A DNA stretch of 64,000 nucleotides, from positions 128,001 to 192,000 of the IMG/VR virus record IMGVR_UViG_3300011008_000016. The stretch is one strand, 5' to 3'. Under the pieces are notes generated by a model, which was not told the DNA's origin, made no database searches, and was given only the letters and a program-made list of their open reading frames with translations. The translations under genes were made by a program, and so were the position numbers. How positions within the stretch are numbered: the first letter of the stretch is position 1; every line of letters begins with the position of its first letter. Source of the stretch: a virus (Duplodnaviria; Caudoviricetes). Positions 49,767 to 58,512 of the stretch are shown here, in pieces.

Positions 49767-52700
49767 TTACTCATCGTGTACTATGAATTGGAGAGGTCTC
49801 CTTGTGTCCGTCATAGCCATTTTTTCTTTAATGGTCATATCACAATGCGAAAGTAACGCATCAACATACCATTCTATAGCAGAACGCCTATCTACAATGG
49901 TACCGTCACCCAATATAATACATTTATCTTTCATGATATGACTATTGTCTTTTATAACCATATCACCATGAGCAGATTCTATTGACGATAAGAATGAACG
50001 GTTACCAGTAAGACTTTCCGTATCTGCTCTAAACATAATAACGTCAGAGTAATTACTAAATATTGTCTCTCTAATAACCCCTTTAGTATCCAAAAATCTT
50101 ACACGATTCTTATCGTCCAATTTATTATTTGTCTCTTGTATATGCGTAGTAGCTGATGTTGAATTGATTACTTCTTTAAGCGGTTTATTTTCAACAAACT
50201 TCGCATGTTTTGTTCCCACAGACATTGTGTCTGCATAATACGGAGACATAGTGTCATAAATTTTAGCACTGGCATCCATATTGTTAATACCTTCGTGCAT
50301 AACCAGATTTCCGTCTTTATCAAGATTGTCTCGTATAATTCCATTCCCTTCCATATCTACGGTCTCTATAAAGGAGCCATCTTCATCCAAACCCATAAAA
50401 CCAGTACCTTCCAGATATACGATTGTATCACCATAGGCACCAATCATCAAATCTCGTAATGTAAGTTTTCCGATGAGTTTAAATGCATCTTTGAATCGGT
50501 TATTGAGTTCGCTCATAGACATATGACCAGACATCCGAAGGATTTCGAATAATTTATTTCTGGTCTCCTTTACTTTCATAGCCGCAGACATAGCCTGAAT
50601 CCATTCATGATATCCTATATCCAGTTCTCTCACACAAAGAACAGCATGGAGCCAAATTCTGGACATCATTTTCATCAAGTTATAATACTTGCTATCAAAG
50701 AGATATACAACCTCCATCTCCTTAATTTCAATAGTATATGATTTGAACCATCTGAGAATCCTTATAATACCGTTAATAACCGTTGTATCAATCGGATTCA
50801 AATACTGTAGATATTCTGTATCCGCAAATAATGTAGACATCTTTGTTGCAATGTAATTGATTTTATCTACACAAGAATCTCTATCAAGAGCATCAATATA
50901 CTCATAGATCGGATAATCATAAGCTTTCAACCAATCCATATAGGTATCTGGTGTAGAACCATCTGGTAAATTAAAAACTTCATTATGAACATCCGTTATG
51001 AGCAATGTATTATAGAGTTTCTTATTTGCATGATATACTCTTTCATCTTGAGTAAGTTGCATCACTTCAATCAATAGTCTGGATAATTCCTTGACATTTC
51101 GATACATCTCATTTACATTCGATGCTGTCCTGAAGTAGATGTTATCAATGTATTTGAGAAGTTTTGGAGAATATAAGTCAGGATTGTTTCGAATCTCATC
51201 TTTAATTGCTTCCAAATCTTCATCAAAGTTAAAACCAAGAACCGCTAAAGTTTTTGATGGAGAAGTCAGTAAATCAGGTTCCATATTGTAGTATCTACAG
51301 AGAATACAGATAAGCATAATTTCAAGCTCAAACAAAGATACTTTGGAGTTGTTAATGAGTGAGAGATCGACCATAATGTTCGATGTCTCATTCGCCTTGT
51401 CACAAAGCATCTTTTGTAAGTAAACATGCTCAAACATCATTTCTTGCATACGAATAGTAATTGCAACATTCGTATACTTTGTTTCTGTATAGTTAATCTC
51501 TGCGTCCTGAAGTCTTTCAACGAGTTCCCTATCCTCTATCCAAAGAGAATCTGGAACCGTAACTGATTCATATGAATGAGCATTGGCATCGGTCTGTTCA
51601 ACCAAATTGATATCAGTCTCATTCATTGGAACCCCAACGAAATAATATTCATACGACTTGGTTTTGTCCAACTCGTATGTTGCATTTCCATCTTCATCCA
51701 GAACCGTCCGATATATAAAAATTGGAACGGGTTCAGACTCAGCGTTCATCTGTACAGTTTTATGCTGTTTTACCAGCAGATATTTTGTAAGGTCATAATC
51801 ATCATACTCTAATAACCCCAATATGTCATACATAACTTGAGATGTACATTTATTCATAATGAGTATATTAAGATTTTTGACCAGTGTCTTCTGTTGTCTG
51901 AATGTGAACATATCAACGAACGGAACACCATACGCTTCCAAAAACATTCGACAAGTTTCAAGGTCATAGAAATCTCTATCAACCATAACCTCAAACATAG
52001 AGTCTACCATTCTTTGAATAGCCATTACAAGGATAAAAAATCCAATGTAACTTTCATAGTATGGAAAAGATGCACTATAATGGAAGTTATACACTTGTCC
52101 AAGCATATAATGTCTTGCTTCCTCATAGTACATAACGAAGTCTCTATTAAATCGATTTGCGTTGTCCGGTCTTGGTACGTAAAGTAATTCAAAATGATCA
52201 GCCATACGAGCTTGTTCAATAGGAATTCTTCTACGTCCAAGATACTTTACGTATTCCGCATTGTATCCCGTATCGTTTATATAGTTATCATATATCTCTT
52301 TTAGATAACCACTATCATCCATTGCATTAAGAATGGTTTGCGGTAACCTATGAAGAGGTGTCATATTCTCAAGATTATCACTTTCATAATCTTCAACTGA
52401 GTTTCCTGTAAAACCAAATGCTATAAGTTCGTTCGGGTCTGGATAAATAAATTCCGCATCCACATCCGGTAAACCTGCAAGCATACGGTAATAATTATTT
52501 TTTTCCTCGTAGGAATCAATAATTGCTTTCCTACGAAGTTCCAAAACTTTAGTACGCTTTTCAAGTGGAACAAGATATGTATTTGTCCAAATTTGATCAA
52601 TCAAATCTTTATCGTAAATTCCAGCCGCATTTAATATCTCGACGGTTAGAGTTTCTGGTCGAACAACCAACCAATCGTCAGTTTTCAATACCGCACCTAT

Positions 52701-52832
52701 GTATTCATCTCCTGAAAATCTTGACTCAGGAGTTTCATACTTCTCTGCGTCTCTTACTGATTTATATACAATATGCGGAACGATTGCTTTAAGATATCTC
52801 TTAAAGCTATTCACCATTTCCATATGAATCAT
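49767..52832 (-). CDS. large probable virion/baseplate protein
   Basis: 1021 aa; Y.E.NNYYRML.G.P motif; late-type promoter 52853-52864. Confidence 0.7.
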   Translation of the reverse strand: MIHMEMVNSFKRYLKAIVPHIVYKSVRDAEKYETPESRFSGDEYIGAVLKTDDWLVVRPETLTVEILNAAGIYDKDLIDQIWTNTYLVPLEKRTKVLELRRKAIIDSYEEKNNYYRMLAGLPDVDAEFIYPDPNELIAFGFTGNSVEDYESDNLENMTPLHRLPQTILNAMDDSGYLKEIYDNYINDTGYNAEYVKYLGRRRIPIEQARMADHFELLYVPRPDNANRFNRDFVMYYEEARHYMLGQVYNFHYSASFPYYESYIGFFILVMAIQRMVDSMFEVMVDRDFYDLETCRMFLEAYGVPFVDMFTFRQQKTLVKNLNILIMNKCTSQVMYDILGLLEYDDYDLTKYLLVKQHKTVQMNAESEPVPIFIYRTVLDEDGNATYELDKTKSYEYYFVGVPMNETDINLVEQTDANAHSYESVTVPDSLWIEDRELVERLQDAEINYTETKYTNVAITIRMQEMMFEHVYLQKMLCDKANETSNIMVDLSLINNSKVSLFELEIMLICILCRYYNMEPDLLTSPSKTLAVLGFNFDEDLEAIKDEIRNNPDLYSPKLLKYIDNIYFRTASNVNEMYRNVKELSRLLIEVMQLTQDERVYHANKKLYNTLLITDVHNEVFNLPDGSTPDTYMDWLKAYDYPIYEYIDALDRDSCVDKINYIATKMSTLFADTEYLQYLNPIDTTVINGIIRILRWFKSYTIEIKEMEVVYLFDSKYYNLMKMMSRIWLHAVLCVRELDIGYHEWIQAMSAAMKVKETRNKLFEILRMSGHMSMSELNNRFKDAFKLIGKLTLRDLMIGAYGDTIVYLEGTGFMGLDEDGSFIETVDMEGNGIIRDNLDKDGNLVMHEGINNMDASAKIYDTMSPYYADTMSVGTKHAKFVENKPLKEVINSTSATTHIQETNNKLDDKNRVRFLDTKGVIRETIFSNYSDVIMFRADTESLTGNRSFLSSIESAHGDMVIKDNSHIMKDKCIILGDGTIVDRRSAIEWYVDALLSHCDMTIKEKMAMTDTRRPLQFIVHDE

Positions 52833-52929
52833 CTCCTTTCCGCGTACATACTTAAATGTATGTTAAAAATCCTTATTTTTAAGCATCTATTAACAGGAGA
52901 CTAATTTGCATATAGATAGGAGGAAGATT

Positions 52930-54096
52930 ATGACAATCAGAAATAGTGAAAATGGAAAAGAACCATTACTACTCAGTATACTGAAAGGGATTGCTATTAA
53001 TTCAGGTGTAGGGCTGTTATCAACAGCGGCTCATGTAGTTGTATCAATGACAACTTCATTGATTATAGTTGGTGAATGGGATGAAAGTTTCAATAAAATT
53101 AACAAGATGGTTCATGACTTAAACCCAACACAGTATTCCAGATACAGATTACCAACTCCCAATAAAAACCATTATGAGTTAGTTGCTAATATCTCATATG
53201 TAGTTAATCTTGGACATAGTAACTGGGTTAAAATAAGCTCAGAACTTAACGAAGAAAAGACTGTGTATCGAGAGAAAAAGTTGAAGATATGGTTTTATGG
53301 GAAGAATAAATACAAGATAAGGGAAGAGTTTGTCCGTAAATCATTACAATATAATGATGGTAAGCATATTAGAGTTCGTCACATGAATGATACAGGGATG
53401 AGCCATGATATTTTACCTCATTCATTTGAAAATATTGTAATGGATAAAACGGTTAAGAATCATATTCAGTTAGGGCTTAAAAATTGGTATGATAGTAAAG
53501 ATTGGTATACAAAGCATCAATTAGTACATAAGATTGGTATATTGTTATATGGTGAACCGGGTACTGGTAAATCTACAATAGCAAGAGCTGTCAGTACAAT
53601 GTTTGGTTGTGCTCCAATCATGACATTAGACCAGCAAGACATTATGAGTTCTATATCGAGAATTATTCAAGTGAGAAAACGATACGATGGTTTAATCATT
53701 GTATTAATTGAAGATTTTGATATGTTCTTTACAACGAGAGAAGAAAACAGTCAAACTACTGATAACGATGAAGACCAGAAGAGAGATATCAATCAAAATA
53801 CAGTATTTCAATTATTAGACGGTATCTACTCGACTGACAACACAATATACATAGCAACTACTAATTATATAGATAGACTCGATGAAGCTATGATAAGATA
53901 CGGACGGTTTGACATACAAGAGGAACTCAAGTTTTTCACAAAAGAGCAAGCATTAGAATGTGTTAAAATGTTTGATTATGATGAAAATGTCTTGGATTCA
54001 TTCAATTTGTCATATCCGGTTCAACCATCTTATTTACAAGGAAAGCTTATGGAATATCGAGCGAAAAATTGTTATAAAGGAGATGATATGGAATGA
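52930..54096 (+). CDS. AAA+ ATPase (BCS1-like) with N-terminal hydrophobic segment
   Basis: GILLYGEPGTGKS, IEDFD, LLDG, ATTN..RLD.A..R.GRFD; AGGAGG RBS. Confidence 0.88.
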   Translation: MTIRNSENGKEPLLLSILKGIAINSGVGLLSTAAHVVVSMTTSLIIVGEWDESFNKINKMVHDLNPTQYSRYRLPTPNKNHYELVANISYVVNLGHSNWVKISSELNEEKTVYREKKLKIWFYGKNKYKIREEFVRKSLQYNDGKHIRVRHMNDTGMSHDILPHSFENIVMDKTVKNHIQLGLKNWYDSKDWYTKHQLVHKIGILLYGEPGTGKSTIARAVSTMFGCAPIMTLDQQDIMSSISRIIQVRKRYDGLIIVLIEDFDMFFTTREENSQTTDNDEDQKRDINQNTVFQLLDGIYSTDNTIYIATTNYIDRLDEAMIRYGRFDIQEELKFFTKEQALECVKMFDYDENVLDSFNLSYPVQPSYLQGKLMEYRAKNCYKGDDME

Positions 54097-54665
54097 TTAT
54101 ATTATATGGATCAACTGGTTCAGGAAAAACGACTACAGCTATAGAGTTGGAACGACTTGGTATGCGGGTCGTTCCAACTTATACAACTCGTCCACCAAGA
54201 GAAGATGATTTTGGAACCATATGTACTACTGAAGAAGAATTTGAAAAAGCTTTAATTAATAACAAAATCTTTACTCATACATCTTATAACGCCACATTTG
54301 GAAAATGCCGATATTGGCTAATGAAATCTGAATTCTCTGGCTATACAACTAATTCAGTATTGGTTGGAAATTATGAATTCTCGAATTCAATTAATGAATG
54401 GGCTGAAATAGCTTTCCGATGTAGTGTATTCAACGTATTCATTAAAGTAGATTATAATATTATCGTTGAACGAGATAATGCTAAATCTAAACGGATTGAA
54501 AGAATGGATAGGTTAAAACGAGATGATTATAAGATGAAGGAGTTAGAAGCAAGCGCTGATTTAATAATTAATAATCAATCCTTACAATTAAGTAAGAACG
54601 TAGTAGCTGACCTTATTATGGAAAGCTATGATATATTTTTAAAGGAAAGAGGTGTTTTTAAATGA
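54093..54665 (+). CDS. gmk: guanylate kinase-like nucleotide kinase
   Basis: GSTGSGKTT, TYTTRPPRE.D. Confidence 0.75.
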   Translation: MIILYGSTGSGKTTTAIELERLGMRVVPTYTTRPPREDDFGTICTTEEEFEKALINNKIFTHTSYNATFGKCRYWLMKSEFSGYTTNSVLVGNYEFSNSINEWAEIAFRCSVFNVFIKVDYNIIVERDNAKSKRIERMDRLKRDDYKMKELEASADLIINNQSLQLSKNVVADLIMESYDIFLKERGVFK

Positions 54666-55351
54666 AGCAAATGCCAGGTATTATTTTCGATAAGGCAGAA
54701 GCTCCTCATCCAAGGATTGATTCAGATAATGCTTCTTATTACTTGGATTACGATAAGACCGAAGAATACTTCGACTTCTTTGATAATGAAATTGCATTTA
54801 TCAAAGGGGTTGAAAAACTTGTTCGGAAACATCGTTTCATACGGATTACTTATCCTAAATATCTCAAAGAAGTTGTTGGACTGCGGGAGTGTCAAGTATT
54901 TCCAAACATCAAAGATGACGGAAATACAAAGGTAAAACTTGAAATGCATCATGGACCAATTCTTACATTATTTGATACATGTGAGATTGTAACAAATGCA
55001 TTTCGAGCCAGAGGTGTTGAGAATATCAATACACCTTCTGTTGCAAATGAGGTCGTAGAACAACATCGACTCAACAATGTACGAGTCATGTTTCTGTGCA
55101 AATCTGCTCATCAAAAAGTTCATGATGAAGGAATCTATATCAACTATAGACAAGGATTCGGAGATACTCTAAAATTTTTACAACTATTCGGTGATGGAGT
55201 CAGCAAGAATATGAAGATGAAGATAAATGAGTATCTTGCTTGGAGTTTGGAGCATGATTCTACAGACAATAACATTCTTCAAATTGCAGATACCATGAGA
55301 GAATGGGGTAACAATGACTTTGATGAATTTGAATCTATTCATTTAGAATAA
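54662..55351 (+). CDS. HNH-like His-rich protein, paralog of 62954-63664
   Basis: EMHHGPILTLFD...H..N.V...L..SAHQ.VH. Confidence 0.6.
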   Translation: MKQMPGIIFDKAEAPHPRIDSDNASYYLDYDKTEEYFDFFDNEIAFIKGVEKLVRKHRFIRITYPKYLKEVVGLRECQVFPNIKDDGNTKVKLEMHHGPILTLFDTCEIVTNAFRARGVENINTPSVANEVVEQHRLNNVRVMFLCKSAHQKVHDEGIYINYRQGFGDTLKFLQLFGDGVSKNMKMKINEYLAWSLEHDSTDNNILQIADTMREWGNNDFDEFESIHLE

Positions 55352-55358
55352 GGAGTTA

Positions 55359-55862
55359 ATGCTTATGGAAAATACGATTTTGATAGCCATTTTAATAGGA
55401 GTTGTGCTTTATCAAATCTATACTGACTTGTATAACCGGAGAAAGATGTTCGAAATCCAGATTGAAATGGCTAAAGCTCAACAAGCAATGACCAAAGAAC
55501 TTACTTGGAAAGAGATTAAAGAAATCATCAATGATATCATATCGTTCAATGTAAGTACATATATTCTTCACAATGGTCTTATGAAGATGAACAATGAGAA
55601 ATTGTCAGTCATGTGGACAATGATTATTGGTGAGTTATGTACAAAGGTGGATACTGCTATATCACCTGAAATAAAGAGACAGGCTTTCAAATCTATATCA
55701 GAAATGTATTTTAGTCGTTTCATAAAGAACTCTGTAGAGATAACAGTAGTTTATCAGTTGGAAAATAATCGGGATAATAATGTGAATAGACGACTGGATA
55801 TGATACAGAGAAATCAGAATACAGTTAATATCCCAGAACCTGAAAAGAATACAAAAAAATAA
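55359..55862 (+). CDS. single-TM hypothetical protein
   Basis: ILIAILIGVVLY TM; AAGGAG RBS. Confidence 0.7.
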   Translation: MLMENTILIAILIGVVLYQIYTDLYNRRKMFEIQIEMAKAQQAMTKELTWKEIKEIINDIISFNVSTYILHNGLMKMNNEKLSVMWTMIIGELCTKVDTAISPEIKRQAFKSISEMYFSRFIKNSVEITVVYQLENNRDNNVNRRLDMIQRNQNTVNIPEPEKNTKK

Positions 55863-55888
55863 CATCTTAATTTGCATTTCACAAAAAT

Positions 55889-56187
55889 GTAATCTTGGGA
55901 GTCTTTATCACTCCCAAGATTACTAAAACCGTGACAGAACGCGGTTTCTTTATTCAATTATATTACAGTTTAACCATAACTCGGTCTATAACTGTAATGT
56001 TCTACTCTCGGATTGGTCTCACCCAAATAGTCGTGAAAACTAAATGGTACAGGACCAATCACACGGGTATCACCCGGAGCATATGGAGTCCCATACTGAA
56101 TACGGTTGGCGAAACTTCTCAGTATGGGATTATCCATAATATCTAAGGATTTAATATATAAACAAAAAGTCTATGAACCGGATTTTT
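55889..56187 (-). repeat. early cassette copy C (no multi-SD leader)
   Basis: Covarying terminator 55889-55923, hairpin 56089-56129, promoter 56152-56187. Confidence 0.8.
55970..56137 (-). CDS. small PIL-x7-QYG family protein, copy C (55 aa, near-leaderless; not in ORF track)
   Basis: MDNPILRSFANRIQYGTPYAPGDTRVIGPVP...YSYRPSYG, translated manually. Confidence 0.5.
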   Translation of the reverse strand: MDNPILRSFANRIQYGTPYAPGDTRVIGPVPFSFHDYLGETNPRVEHYSYRPSYG

Positions 56188-56203
56188 GGAAATATACAAA
56201 AAA

Positions 56204-56244
56204 TACAATGGATAGTGAATCTTAAATGATTTCACTATCCATTG
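56204..56244 (-). terminator. intrinsic terminator ending the large RNA candidate
   Basis: ACAATGGATAGTGAA/TTCACTATCCATTGT stem then a U-rich run on the minus strand. Confidence 0.75.
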
Positions 56245-56249
56245 TTCCG

Positions 56250-56652
56250 TTTCCAGTGATTTCGGGAGTCTGACCCGCTTGCAAGTATTCTTGCTTTACC
56301 GGTTGGCGGTATACAATTTCTTTCCATGCTAACCAACCGTTTCTACGTTACGACAAATATCTGCAAGGAACATCCTCACCGATACTGGTCCCGGAACATC
56401 CGCAACCATTAGAGATTAACTTTAATCAATATGCCGATCTTGTCATTTCTTCTTTGGGAGCCCGTTCACCCACTGGCTTTTTCGTCTTGATTCATGACCA
56501 TCCTCAAAGACCTTCCTACTTTTTCTGAATCGGGTGTCTAATTTACCTCAGCTTATTGGTTACAATGTTTACAATCCGCATACGTTCGAATTGCCATCCA
56601 CCCATCTCTTTGGGTGCCCGCAGGAACTCCAACAGTATTCCGTGCACTGAAT
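56250..56652 (-). ncRNA. candidate ~400-nt large structured RNA
   Basis: ORF-free and GC-enriched; ends pair (TTCAGTG/CACTGGA); internal stems CACCCA/TGGGTG, TCTTTG/CAAAGA, CGGTTGG/CCAACCG, GCAAG/CTTGC, CGGG/CCCG; variant late promoter CACA-N6-TT at 56650-56661. Confidence 0.62.
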
Positions 56653-56737
56653 AAAGTTGTGTCGATCTTCAATAAGCATATAGACGGAGAGACCTCTCAT
56701 TTACCAGTCCGTCATTTTTGTCCATGGGTCGTCTTGA

Positions 56738-57607
56738 TTATCTGGTATTTTTCGATCGTGTTGTCGCTACTCCGAGCGATGCCATGTTTAACATGGGAAC
56801 TAAGATATGATTAAAGTTATAGCGTATGTCTAATATCTCTTTAATAGACATATCTGCTTCATCTACTTCAAACTCTTTTCCATCCATTTGCAATCTATAC
56901 GACGATACATCGTTAAAGTCTCGGTAAACCGATATTGGAAGTCTAAAGAACTTATAGTCATCGATCGTTTTGACCATAAATTTTGTAGCTCCTTCATAAT
57001 CAAACTTCACGAGATATCTTAGATATCGTTTGATAATAGAGATGATTCCATCCATATGATATTTCAGGAGTTGCTCATCTTTGATACCTTTGATTGCTAT
57101 ATCGTCCGTGTAAGAGTTGAAATAAACTTCATAGGTCTTATGTCTGGACTTGAGATTGGTAACTAATTCATCTTGCCCTAAGAGAATATAAATATCATAC
57201 GCATGTTTCTCTCGGAAATTAATATAGTTTCCAAATTCTGTATGAGGAGCATATCTCTTAATAAAGATAGCGTCCCTCTTTACAGAAAAAATATCATCCA
57301 CCTGTAGATCGTTTGCTGACCCAAACATGAGTCGATACTTAGTAAATAACATTTCTAACTTCTTACCAGTATTTCGAATGTCTGGATTCTTACTATACTT
57401 CAGCTTTCCTATTGTGATATCCCGTTCATGCTTATCTGGGATTGCTTTCAACTTTTCAATTTCATTTGTTGGTAACAAATTTTCCTCTCGTATGATTGAA
57501 AATCCTCCTTCTTTCATATCATACTCGATAATATCCCCGATGAACAGATCGATTGGATCTGTCCACCGGGGCTTTTCTAAAACGTTTTTTGCCTCTTCTG
57601 TTAGCAT
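56738..57607 (-). CDS. small divergent family-B-like DNA polymerase palm protein
   Basis: Motif-A-like IIEYDMKEGG and motif-C-like FSVKRDAIF; 289 aa, no exonuclease domain. Confidence 0.55.
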   Translation of the reverse strand: MLTEEAKNVLEKPRWTDPIDLFIGDIIEYDMKEGGFSIIREENLLPTNEIEKLKAIPDKHERDITIGKLKYSKNPDIRNTGKKLEMLFTKYRLMFGSANDLQVDDIFSVKRDAIFIKRYAPHTEFGNYINFREKHAYDIYILLGQDELVTNLKSRHKTYEVYFNSYTDDIAIKGIKDEQLLKYHMDGIISIIKRYLRYLVKFDYEGATKFMVKTIDDYKFFRLPISVYRDFNDVSSYRLQMDGKEFEVDEADMSIKEILDIRYNFNHILVPMLNMASLGVATTRSKNTR

Positions 57608-57614
57608 TTACTAC

Positions 57615-58493
57615 TTACTCGTATTCAACAATTCGCTGAGCAGTCAGCTTTAATTCATGGAGGATTTTATCCACCAACTGCTCCTTTGTTGAACCTGGAG
57701 TTATTCTTACAGTCTTTGCTCTGCAAAGGTCTTTGATATCATTCTCAGACCGTTTCATGAGCAAATCCCTAACTTTGTCTTCAAGGCTTTCCGTAAACCT
57801 ATTCCAGAACATCGTTGTGAAGTCATTCTCAGTTCCCGGTTCCGCCATCATTGTTGCAACGATACCTTTCTGCAACTCAAGCCGTTCGTGAATCTTATCG
57901 ATATTCCCAACATTTCTCAGAATGATGTTAAAGTCTTTTCCATCAAACTCTTCTGGAATATCAATATCAAGAGACTTCACAACTTTCTTATATGCTGCTT
58001 TATCATCAAACGTTGTAGACAATTTTTCCAAATCTGTAAAGAGATAAGACTGGAAATCAAATTGATCCAGAATAAACATCTGAAGATAATTCGGAATCTG
58101 CCCAGCATACTCATACGCAGCATTAACAATCAATACATCACAATGACTATTGATAGCCATATCTACGATTGCACATAAATCATTCATCGGCTCCGCACTC
58201 AGTAAATGACTATTATACAGCTCGATAAACATATCACGTTTTCCGGCATAACAATATTCCATTGCACTTGCCGGTGGACGTAATGAACTTACAAATTCAA
58301 TGTTGTCATACTTGCTTTCATAGTCAATGCCTGTAGATATACTCGCAATCGTAGATTTTTGTTTAATTGATCCGTTCAGTTCATGTGATGCTATCAGTAT
58401 AAAATAGTTCGCAAGGTCATTATACCTTGCGAACTTCATGATAAGGTCATCAAATGAAATGAACATAATCGAACCTGTGTGTTCATTTGCCAT
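57615..58493 (-). CDS. hypothetical protein with C-terminal SAP/HeH-like motif
   Basis: DIKDLCRAKTVRITPGSTKEQLVDKI. Confidence 0.65.
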   Translation of the reverse strand: MANEHTGSIMFISFDDLIMKFARYNDLANYFILIASHELNGSIKQKSTIASISTGIDYESKYDNIEFVSSLRPPASAMEYCYAGKRDMFIELYNSHLLSAEPMNDLCAIVDMAINSHCDVLIVNAAYEYAGQIPNYLQMFILDQFDFQSYLFTDLEKLSTTFDDKAAYKKVVKSLDIDIPEEFDGKDFNIILRNVGNIDKIHERLELQKGIVATMMAEPGTENDFTTMFWNRFTESLEDKVRDLLMKRSENDIKDLCRAKTVRITPGSTKEQLVDKILHELKLTAQRIVEYE

Positions 58494-58512
58494 TTTTACA
58501 CCCCGTTTCTTT

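Noticed and set aside
55895-56146. 83-aa plus-strand ORF containing PIL...QYG
   Set aside because: The motif appears on both strands because the DNA is an inverted repeat; promoter, terminator and paralog similarity all favour the minus strand
56250-56652. tmRNA or RNase P identity for the large RNA
   Set aside because: No GGGG 5' end, CCA end or AA-terminated tag frame; only a partial GGAAGGTC resemblance to the RNase P P4 consensus
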